Assembly (NCBI GenBank): GCA_043782755.1
Contig: JAYWAC010000001.1
Span: forward strand, 1-52,701
Length of the DNA: 52,701 nt
From: Pseudomonadota bacterium
GTDB taxonomy: Bacteria > Pseudomonadota > Gammaproteobacteria > Ga0077536
Direction of reading: 5' to 3'
The notes below the pieces were generated by a model, which saw only the letters and a list, made by a program, of their open reading frames with translations, did no database searches and was not told the origin of the DNA. The translations under genes were made by a program, and so were the position numbers. Of this stretch, positions 45,578 through 52,701 are shown piece by piece. How positions within the stretch are numbered: the first letter of the stretch is position 1; each line of letters begins with the position of its first letter.

Positions 45578-46216
45578 CTACTTGGCGGGGTTGAACAGGC
45601 GTTTGACCTCTATCGGTTTCATCAGCATGCGCAGCTGCACACGCACCACGTACTCGAGCTGGTGCGGGTTTTCGCGGACGGTGAATTTTTCACTGACCTT
45701 GCCACCCTCGGGCGCATCGGCTTCGACCACTAGCGAGTCGTTGTCCCAATAGGTCAGGGTATAGCCAAAGGTATCCCGCACCAGTTCATCGCCCTTGGCG
45801 GAAAACACTTTGCCGTTAGGGTTGGGGCGCACGCTGCGCGGCAGTGAGTTCTCGTAGGTGATGCGGTAGCCGCCTTCTTCCTCGGCGATGTCGAGGCGTA
45901 GGGCCTTGACCATCGGATAGGCGATACCGAGGCGGCGCAGTGCTTTGTCAGGATGGGCCTCCTTGCCGTCGCGCACCGATTCCCAGTAGGCGAGTTGCGC
46001 CAGATCGTAAGGCGTTGTGCGTTCGCCGCCTTGCTGCATGACGGGCATCTGTTCGTCGTGGTGGCGAAATTTTCCCTTCAACATTTTTTCGGGGTCGCCG
46101 CTGCCTTTTTCATCCAGTGTCCAGGCACCAAGGATGGCCGGTGTGGCGAAAACCTGCTGCGCGAAGCACAACAACAACATCAGCAGGGCGTAAACATTCA
46201 GTGATCGCGACGGCAT
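45578..46216 (-). CDS. secreted hypothetical protein
   Basis: Signal peptide MPSRSLNVYALLMLLLCFAQQVFA. No family recognised. Confidence 0.5.
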   Translation of the reverse strand: MPSRSLNVYALLMLLLCFAQQVFATPAILGAWTLDEKGSGDPEKMLKGKFRHHDEQMPVMQQGGERTTPYDLAQLAYWESVRDGKEAHPDKALRRLGIAYPMVKALRLDIAEEEGGYRITYENSLPRSVRPNPNGKVFSAKGDELVRDTFGYTLTYWDNDSLVVEADAPEGGKVSEKFTVRENPHQLEYVVRVQLRMLMKPIEVKRLFNPAK

Positions 46217-46339
46217 GGGTTTGCCTTTATGGGGGCTAGGTGCGGCGAGGGCTAAGGGATTGCGATATGCTCACGCCGCGCTGCGGCATGGTGCCATGGC
46301 GGGAACTGGGCCTCAAGAGCGGCTAGCACGGGAGTGCGC

Positions 46340-46798
46340 ATGGGAGTAGAACCGCGCCTTACGCCGATCGATGGTGCGTGTCTGTGCGGCGCCATCACGG
46401 TGGTGCTGGAAGCCATCGCCGGCCCGCTCATGTTTTGTCACTGCCGCGAATGTCGCAAGAGCGCGGGCGCGCCTTTTATTGCAGTACTGCCGGTGCCGAC
46501 TTCCGCGTTTCAATTGCACGATCTGCGGCAGCGACTCGCTGCCTATCGGGTGACGCCGAACAAGGCTCGCTATTTCTGTTCGGCCTGCGGCAGTCCGGTT
46601 TACAGTCAACGTGATGGCGCCGACACCGTGCGCGTCCGCGCAGGCCTTCTCAATCTGCCGGCCGACGTTCCCCTGGGCGGACATATCTACTGTGCCGATG
46701 CCGCCGCCTGGTATGAAATACACGACACCTTGCCGCGCCATGCCGGCATCGAGCCCAGTCGCGCACCTATCGTCTCGCAAGAGGATTTGTCGTCATGA
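46340..46798 (+). CDS. GFA (glutathione-dependent formaldehyde-activating / CENP-V) family protein
   Basis: Zn-binding Cys pattern CLCG...CHCRECRK...CSACGSP. ATG at 46340 with GGGAG 6 nt upstream. Confidence 0.8.
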   Translation: MGVEPRLTPIDGACLCGAITVVLEAIAGPLMFCHCRECRKSAGAPFIAVLPVPTSAFQLHDLRQRLAAYRVTPNKARYFCSACGSPVYSQRDGADTVRVRAGLLNLPADVPLGGHIYCADAAAWYEIHDTLPRHAGIEPSRAPIVSQEDLSS

Positions 46799-47463
46799 TC
46801 AAAGTTGTCTCGGTGCTTGAGCGTAAACCCAGCATGAGCGTCGAAGATTTTCAGCACTACTGGCTGAACGAACATGCGGCCATCGTCAGTCGCCTGCCGG
46901 GGCTGCGACGCTACGTGCAGTCGCATACCTTGTTGTCGGGCTATCGCCGTGGCCAGCCGGCCGCCGATGGTCTCGCCGAGTTGTGGTTTGACGACAGCCA
47001 CGCACTGCGTGCATTGAAGGACAGCGCCGCACTCAAGACGGTGCTCGCCGATGAGCCTAATTTTGTCGATATGACGCGCTTCATTCAGGTTCATACCGAG
47101 GAGCACGTTATCAAGAACGGTGCGATTCCAACGGCGGGCGTGAAGAACATTGAGTTCGTGACGAAGAAGATCGGCATGTCGGTGGCGGATTTCCAGCATT
47201 ACTGGATCACCACCCACGGTCCGCTCGGCGCTTCGATCAAGACCGTCATGCGTTATGTGCAAAGCCACACGCGCCAAACCGCCTATGATCGCGGGTCGCC
47301 GCCGGCGCTGGACGGTTTTGCCTTGACCTGGTTCGAGAGTACCGACGCGATGCGTGAATCAGCGCGTAGCCGGGAATACGAGAGTACTCGCGACGATGAA
47401 GAGAACTTCCTCGCTATTCCGCTCGAATTCATCATCACCCGCGAGCACGTCATCGTCGCGTGA
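46795..47463 (+). CDS. tandem EthD-domain protein
   Basis: The motif MSVEDFQHYW / MSVADFQHYW occurs twice, with ...RRYVQSHT / MRYVQSHT, indicating two EthD repeats. The start overlaps the upstream stop (ATGA). Confidence 0.75.
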   Translation: MIKVVSVLERKPSMSVEDFQHYWLNEHAAIVSRLPGLRRYVQSHTLLSGYRRGQPAADGLAELWFDDSHALRALKDSAALKTVLADEPNFVDMTRFIQVHTEEHVIKNGAIPTAGVKNIEFVTKKIGMSVADFQHYWITTHGPLGASIKTVMRYVQSHTRQTAYDRGSPPALDGFALTWFESTDAMRESARSREYESTRDDEENFLAIPLEFIITREHVIVA

Positions 47464-47475
47464 GGGATACCGAGA

Positions 47476-47507
47476 ACAACGCCGGCGTCTCGTAACCCCG
47501 GCGTTGT
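47476..47507. terminator. hairpin between convergent genes (putative bidirectional terminator)
   Basis: ACAACGCCGG / CCGGCGTTGT forms a perfect 10-bp stem with a 12-nt loop. Confidence 0.6.
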
Positions 47508-47516
47508 ATCAGACAC

Positions 47517-48593
47517 TCAGCAGAGTGGAATAACCTTTTCGGCGAAGTCCTTCGCCACTTCGCGGAGATGCTTCAAAGGCGGCAGCAGACTGACTTCTTT
47601 CAGACCGTTCTTTTCCGCCATGCGGATCTTCTCGGCAATTTCACTCGGACCACCAACGAGGGAGGTACCCTCGATCATGGTGGGCGTGACGAACTTGCGC
47701 TCACCCGCCGCGTAATAACTGCAATGGCCCTCGTGTATCAACTGATGACGCTTCTGTGGCGGCAGCGGGAAATTGTTGACGTGGTCGACATACTCTTCCC
47801 AGATACCCTTCATGTACTGCGGCACCACTTCGTCGTTCTTGGTGTAACGCCAGATCTCATAGACGAAGTGCAGCGCGGTTACCACCCACGAGCCCGAGCG
47901 TTCGACCACGGCGTCGTCGGTGAGCTTCTCGCCGGCCTTCAGCACCACGGCATTGGTTAAGGTCACGGTGTGATAGTTGCTGAGATCGCGACCAGCCTTA
48001 TCCGCACCTTCCTTCACGTGCTTCAGGTTGTAGTCGAGGATGTCCTTCTGCTCGTTGAAGATCGAAACCAGGCCGTCGCCATAGGTGCCGGCGCTACGCA
48101 GCGCGCGCGGGCCGTTAGCGGCAACGTAAATCGGTATCGGGTTTTCGATGTTACGGAAACCGCTGCCGTGGTCCTGCCACACGATGGCGGTGGTCTTGCC
48201 GCGATAGGTGTATTCGGTTTCCTTGCCTTCGAGCATGCTGCGCACCACGCGCAGATAGTCGCGGAACTCGGCGATGGGAATCGGGTCCTGGCCCATCACG
48301 CGCATCGCGGTATGGCCGGTGCCGATGCCGAGAAAGACGCGGCCGGGCGCGATGGCGTTGACCGAGGCGATGGCGGCGGCGGTGGTCGGTGCGATGCGGG
48401 TGCCGGCGATGGCAACGCCGGTGCCGATGTGGATGCGCGAGGTATTGGCCGCAGCCAATGCCATGGTCGCGTAGCAGTCGGACCACATCATCTGGGTATC
48501 GGGCACCCAGGCGGCGTCGTAGCCGAGATCTTCGAGATATTTGATGACCTGCCAGTCGGTAATGCGCGTTTGCACATGCAGGCTGAATTTCAT
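47517..48593 (-). CDS. LLM-class flavin- or F420-dependent oxidoreductase
   Basis: LEDLGYDAAWVPD and LGIGTGH blocks with the TIM-barrel LLM layout. Confidence 0.8.
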   Translation of the reverse strand: MKFSLHVQTRITDWQVIKYLEDLGYDAAWVPDTQMMWSDCYATMALAAANTSRIHIGTGVAIAGTRIAPTTAAAIASVNAIAPGRVFLGIGTGHTAMRVMGQDPIPIAEFRDYLRVVRSMLEGKETEYTYRGKTTAIVWQDHGSGFRNIENPIPIYVAANGPRALRSAGTYGDGLVSIFNEQKDILDYNLKHVKEGADKAGRDLSNYHTVTLTNAVVLKAGEKLTDDAVVERSGSWVVTALHFVYEIWRYTKNDEVVPQYMKGIWEEYVDHVNNFPLPPQKRHQLIHEGHCSYYAAGERKFVTPTMIEGTSLVGGPSEIAEKIRMAEKNGLKEVSLLPPLKHLREVAKDFAEKVIPLC

Positions 48594-48671
48594 GACGGTT
48601 CTCTCCCCATTTGAGCGTTGGCGCCTCGACTATAATCAAACGCCAAGGCGAAGCCTATGACGCGGTAGGGG

Positions 48672-49973
48672 TCAGCGGCGCTGGAAACTGCTTGCTCTAC
48701 CGTGTTCCATGTTACTTGTATCGAAGTCAGCGGGACTGACATCGGGCACGTTGACCAGGGTCAACAGTTGCAAAGTGGTACAGCGGTTCGCCGCAATATC
48801 GATAGTCGATGAGGCAGTCGGGATAGGCGCGCCCGATTCCTGGTTCTCGCGCAGATGGGATTTGGGGTGCGCGTAGGCGTTGATGACGAACTTCCACAAT
48901 TGACCGTCACCTTTATAGATCTTCCACAGCGCGGGCATATAAGTCTGTGCATCGAGATAGAACACTCGGCGCGTGACGATTGCTGCGGCGTCAACCGACG
49001 TGCCTTCCAGCATCAGGGTCGGTCGTAACTGCCACGTCACCTTGGGAAAGCAGCCGGCACGGCCGTTGAAGTCGACATGCCAGTAGTCGTATTTGCGCGC
49101 CTTGCGCGGTGACGCTTCGATCTCGTCGTGACGATAGAGTGGTAGCAGCATGTAGGTACTGCCGAGGTAGCGCCAGCGCATCGCCGACAGCGGTCCCGAG
49201 TAAAGCAGAAAATCAGTAGGCAGGATGTCACTGCCAAACATCGACTCTGCGGTCGCGAAGGACGCCAGGGTCTGGTTGCGGCCGAGCTGCGGAACGTAGA
49301 CCCAGCCGTTCAAGGGCCGCGATTCGTCGCGGTTGGCGAAGACCATGGCCTCGCTGCCGTCGTAGCTGCCGGCCGCGACCGCGCGCATGTGGAAGGCGGC
49401 GAAGGCGTCCTGGGGATTCTTCTCGATGTTCGGCAGTGGCGTCTGCACATGGCGATACATGAAGCGCAGGCTACGCCCTTCGAACAGCATCTCGGCCTGC
49501 ACCTTTTCGCTCGTCCAGTCGCGCATCTGCCAGATGATCTCGGGCAGCCTGTCGCTGTCGCCGCTGTAGGCATAGCGCATGTTCCAGGCCGCCTTGGCAC
49601 CGGCGTCCGGGTCTTGGCTAGCGAGGGGGCCGCTGAACGGGCGACCTTGGATGTAGCCATTCAGTACACCGGCCTGGTCGGTCAGACGTGTCTGATCACG
49701 GAATTTGGCGGTGGCGCTGACATAGCTGAAATGCGGCTGGAAGGACAGCGGTTCGCCGATGGTCAGACTGGCCGCGCCATTGGCGATGAAACGCGCGAAG
49801 TCTTGATCGACGAAGGCGCTATAGCGCGGCAGGGTGGTCGCATCGATGACGCTGCCTGGACGTGGGCTCAGTTCATGCAGCTCGTCGAGGTCGATATCGA
49901 AATCGCCGGCCATCGCCGACGCCAGAGCACAGAGCGCGAAGGCGCTCCACAGCAGGGATGCGAGCGCCTGCAT
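48672..49973 (-). CDS. DUF1329 family exported protein
   Basis: Signal peptide plus the AAWNMRYAYSGD block, recalled as typical of DUF1329. Confidence 0.7.
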   Translation of the reverse strand: MQALASLLWSAFALCALASAMAGDFDIDLDELHELSPRPGSVIDATTLPRYSAFVDQDFARFIANGAASLTIGEPLSFQPHFSYVSATAKFRDQTRLTDQAGVLNGYIQGRPFSGPLASQDPDAGAKAAWNMRYAYSGDSDRLPEIIWQMRDWTSEKVQAEMLFEGRSLRFMYRHVQTPLPNIEKNPQDAFAAFHMRAVAAGSYDGSEAMVFANRDESRPLNGWVYVPQLGRNQTLASFATAESMFGSDILPTDFLLYSGPLSAMRWRYLGSTYMLLPLYRHDEIEASPRKARKYDYWHVDFNGRAGCFPKVTWQLRPTLMLEGTSVDAAAIVTRRVFYLDAQTYMPALWKIYKGDGQLWKFVINAYAHPKSHLRENQESGAPIPTASSTIDIAANRCTTLQLLTLVNVPDVSPADFDTSNMEHGRASSFQRR

Positions 49974-49987
49974 GGCTGCGGGGCTTG

Positions 49988-50389
49988 TCAGTCGAGGAAG
50001 AAATTGAGCTCGATGGTCACCCCTTCCGGATCTTTCACGAATAGTTGACTCAGGCGGAAGTCCGGCACCTCACGTCGCTGGAAGGACACGCCCATGCGCT
50101 CAAAGCGGGCCAGGAAGTCGTCGAGCTTGCTGGCGCGGAAAGCGATGTGGTCGACCGGACCCGTTGGGCCGGTGATGGTGCGTTTGCCGTCCGGATAGGC
50201 ATAGCCGCCTTCGAATCCGTCGTCGCCGATGTGCACCACCGGGCGATCTTCGAGGTAGAACCAATAGCCAGGAAAGCCGAATTGCGGACGCGGCCCGCTG
50301 GCCAGACCCAGCACTTCGCTATAGAAACGGCGCGAGACTTCGAGATCCGAGGCGTAGACGAAATAGTGGTCGAGACGCTCGAGCGGCAT
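49988..50389 (-). CDS. VOC-family (glyoxalase/bleomycin-resistance/dioxygenase) protein
   Basis: 133 aa with LDHYFVYASDLEVSRRFY...GL and VDHIAF metal-ligand-type segments. Confidence 0.8.
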   Translation of the reverse strand: MPLERLDHYFVYASDLEVSRRFYSEVLGLASGPRPQFGFPGYWFYLEDRPVVHIGDDGFEGGYAYPDGKRTITGPTGPVDHIAFRASKLDDFLARFERMGVSFQRREVPDFRLSQLFVKDPEGVTIELNFFLD

Positions 50390-50634
50390 GGCTGCTCCTC
50401 ATTCAATAGTGCGGGGATGGAGGCTGCGGCCGATAAGCTGACAGCGACGCTCATAGCATTGGGACTAGCGAGCGTGGCGTCAAGGTCGGGCACCGGCTCC
50501 TATCAGACAAATGTGAAACTTCGTCGGGCTCGGCTTGGCAGCCTGGTGGGCCTGTCGTATGCTGCATCGCGATAGCTATTTTACGCGCCCAAGTGGGGTG
50601 CTCCGCAATCCGACTCCATTGAGGACAGCCCTGA

Positions 50635-51885
50635 ATGCTTTATCACCTCTACGAGTGGACGCATGCGGCGGTCAAACCCTGGCGTGCTGCGGCCAGCATG
50701 GGCCGCGTGATGCTGAACAACCCCGCCAACCCGCTTGCCTATACCTATCAGGCCAAGGCCACTTCGGCCGCCCTCGAAGTCTTTGACGGCCTGACGCGCA
50801 AATACGCGAAGCCCGAGTTCGGCATCCACGAAGTGTCTTGTCACGGCGGCCACATCGCCATCACTGAAGAAATCGTCACCGTTCTGCCGTTCTGCCAGTT
50901 GCTGCACTTCAAGCGCGATACCAGCCGACTTCCGCAACGTTTCCAGATCGCGCCCAAGCTTTTGATCGTCGCGCCGGTGTCCGGTCATTACGCAACGTTG
51001 TTGCGCGGCACGGTGCGCGCGCTGCTCGAAGATTTCGACGTCTACATCACCGATTGGCTCGATGCTCGTGAAGTGCCGGTCGGGCAAGGCAATTTCGATT
51101 TACACGATTACATCGATTACGTGATGGGCTTCATGCGCCAACTCGGGCCCGATCTGCACGTGGTGGCGGTGTGCCAGCCAGGGCCTGCGGTCTTGTCTGC
51201 CACCGCGCTCTTGGCGGCGGCGGATGATGCGTGTCAACCGGCCACCGTGACCATCATGGGCAGCCCCATCGATACCCGTAAAAGCCCGACCCAGCCGAAT
51301 TTGCTCGCCAAGAGCAAACCGCTGTCGTGGTTCAAGAAGAACGTCATCATGACCGTGCCCTTCCCGAATGCCGGTGTGATGCGCCGCGTCTATCCGGGTT
51401 TCCTGCAGCTGACCGGCTTCATGACCATGAATCTCGATCGGCATCTTGCCGCCCACAAGAATCTGTACCAGAACCTGGTCTCGGGTGATGGCGATTCGGT
51501 CAGTGCGCACCGCAAGTTCTACGACGAATACCTGGCGGTGATGGATTTGTCCGCCGACTACTACCTGCAGACCATTCAGAAGGTGTTCCAGGAACATCAA
51601 CTGCCCGATGGCCTGTTGGAGCATCGCGGTGAGCGGGTTGATCTGAAGGTCATCAAGCGCACCGCGCTCATGACCGTCGAAGGCGAGAACGACGACATCT
51701 CGGGTATCGGCCAGACCCAGGCGGCTCATGATCTGTGCATCAACATCCCGACCGCCAAGCGGGTGGATTACATCCAGCCCGGCGTCGGTCATTACGGTGT
51801 GTTCAATGGTTCGCGCTGGCGCACCGAAATTGCGCCGCGCATTCGCGACTTCATCTATTCGAACCGGACCCTCGGCAAGGACTGA
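50635..51885 (+). CDS. phaZ: intracellular polyhydroxyalkanoate depolymerase
   Basis: The MLYHLYEW N-terminus, size and conserved blocks resemble Ralstonia-type PhaZ (recall). Confidence 0.8.
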   Translation: MLYHLYEWTHAAVKPWRAAASMGRVMLNNPANPLAYTYQAKATSAALEVFDGLTRKYAKPEFGIHEVSCHGGHIAITEEIVTVLPFCQLLHFKRDTSRLPQRFQIAPKLLIVAPVSGHYATLLRGTVRALLEDFDVYITDWLDAREVPVGQGNFDLHDYIDYVMGFMRQLGPDLHVVAVCQPGPAVLSATALLAAADDACQPATVTIMGSPIDTRKSPTQPNLLAKSKPLSWFKKNVIMTVPFPNAGVMRRVYPGFLQLTGFMTMNLDRHLAAHKNLYQNLVSGDGDSVSAHRKFYDEYLAVMDLSADYYLQTIQKVFQEHQLPDGLLEHRGERVDLKVIKRTALMTVEGENDDISGIGQTQAAHDLCINIPTAKRVDYIQPGVGHYGVFNGSRWRTEIAPRIRDFIYSNRTLGKD

Positions 51886-51963
51886 GAGCGCTCGCGCTGC
51901 CTCTTCGTTCCCTTGTGGGCGAGGCCGGACGAAGGTGCGAATGAATTCGCAGGGAGAAATCCC

Positions 51964-52470
51964 TCAGCGGTGCGCCTGAAACACCAGCTTGTCGAGCACG
52001 CCCAGCAGCAGCGCCGAGACCACGAAGGCCATGTGGATTAGGGTGTACCACATGAGTTTGTCATTATCGATGGTCGCGGCTTCCATGAATTTGCCGAGCA
52101 GATGAATGCTCGAAATGGCGACTATAGAAGCGGCGACCTTGAGTTTGAGGGTGTTGGCGTCGAGCTTGCCCAGCCAGTCGATGTTGTGCGAACCCTCATC
52201 GATATCCAGGCGCGAGACGAAGTTCTCGTAGCCACTGAACATCACCATCACGATCAGGCTGCCGACCAGGGCCATGTCGATCAGCGATAGGATGGACAGC
52301 ACCAGCGAGGCTTCGCCTATCTCGATGATGTGAGTGAAGATGTGAATCAGCTCCTGGAAGAATTTCACACCTAGCGCGAGCACCCCCACGGATAGACCGA
52401 GAAAAATCGGGGCAAGCAGCCAGCGCGTCGCGAACAGCGTTCTTTCGAGGAGGACTTCGAGGGCTTTCAT
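51964..52470 (-). CDS. yqhA: UPF0114 (YqhA) family membrane protein
   Basis: [24 protein letters not shown] and [15 protein letters not shown] closely follow my recall of E. coli YqhA. Confidence 0.85.
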   Translation of the reverse strand: MKALEVLLERTLFATRWLLAPIFLGLSVGVLALGVKFFQELIHIFTHIIEIGEASLVLSILSLIDMALVGSLIVMVMFSGYENFVSRLDIDEGSHNIDWLGKLDANTLKLKVAASIVAISSIHLLGKFMEAATIDNDKLMWYTLIHMAFVVSALLLGVLDKLVFQAHR

Positions 52471-52547
52471 GGAGCGTGATCCGGTAATGCGGTGGAGTGT
52501 GCAGTATACCGAAGCTCTACAGCGCCATCTGTGGTGTCCTTTCTTGT

Positions 52548-52626
52548 GGGTCCTACTTCAGTCAGACATTCAATGCCCGGCTAAGGCCTGAGCGCTCTAG
52601 AGGAATGTCCGACTGAAGTCGGACCC
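52548..52626. repeat. REP/MITE-like imperfect inverted repeat
   Basis: The 24-nt arms GGGTCCTACTTCAGTCAGACATTC and GAATGTCCGACTGAAGTCGGACCC match at 22 of 24 positions and are separated by 31 nt. The right arm is itself a perfect GTCCGAC-TGAA-GTCGGAC hairpin. Confidence 0.5.
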
Positions 52627-52701
52627 TGAGATATCCCCACGTAATTTCCACAGAAGTGGTGGTCGAACAAAGAGATAGATGATCGACGACCATGCTGCTC
52701 T

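Noticed and set aside
50429-50436. Perfect GCCGATAA on the plus strand in the VOC-phaZ intergenic region
   Set aside because: No acceptable -35 (TAAA) lies 15-16 nt upstream, and phaZ is not an expected FliA target. It is most likely a chance match.
1-52701. Search for CRISPR arrays, tandem repeats, tRNA/rRNA genes, transposases, integrases and phage or defence genes, including at the island flanks
   Set aside because: I found no regularly spaced direct repeats, no cloverleaf-like or rRNA-like segments in the intergenic regions, and no ORF with transposase, integrase or nuclease hallmarks. The glycan island therefore has no visible mobility scars in this window.

Overview
This is a GC-rich proteobacterial chromosomal window. 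The flagellar gene set and a properly spaced sigma54-type promoter before fliD suggest a gammaproteobacterium, but the taxon is inference. I support about 50 protein genes. I recognised no rRNA, tRNA, CRISPR array, transposase, integrase or transcription-factor gene. All family calls come from motifs I read in the translated ORFs and recall of the families. No BLAST or HMM search was possible. Layout: (1) 1-22.7 kb is mostly metabolic, transport and envelope genes. It holds an LLM oxidoreductase, an Atm1-type ABC exporter, an OprB-type porin, a large PAS/HAMP chemoreceptor and a decayed LemA remnant. It also holds an ABC exporter whose 3' end overlaps a GST gene, an acyl-CoA synthetase coupled to an SDR, gloA, and a PilZ c-di-GMP receptor. 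A five-gene minus-strand operon encodes a MetX-like hydrolase, an outer-membrane barrel, an (R)-amine-transaminase-like fold-IV enzyme, a BCAT and an AhpD/CMD protein. (2) 23.0-35.6 kb is a 12-gene glycan biosynthesis island in two convergent operons. It lies directly against the flagellar filament genes fliT-like, fliS, fliD, flaG and fliC at 35.7-40.0 kb. Its mix is a short DUF115/Maf-core protein, a NeuA-type cytidylyltransferase, a D-2-hydroxyacid dehydrogenase, two SDRs, Glf, three glycosyltransferases, a Zn-ribbon methyltransferase and a fused ABC exporter. No nonulosonic-acid synthase, Wzx/Wzy or initiating transferase is present. It matches no pathway I know, so it is my main candidate for an undescribed system, most likely flagellin glycosylation. 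(3) 40.4-52.7 kb holds a GST, an acyl-CoA synthetase, a CoA-transferase, SDR, GFA, EthD, LLM, DUF1329 and VOC genes, phaZ and yqhA, and ends in a REP/MITE-like inverted repeat. Many long ORFs in the track are off-frame or antisense artefacts of high GC. Several real genes start well inside their maximal ORF, and I trimmed those starts.
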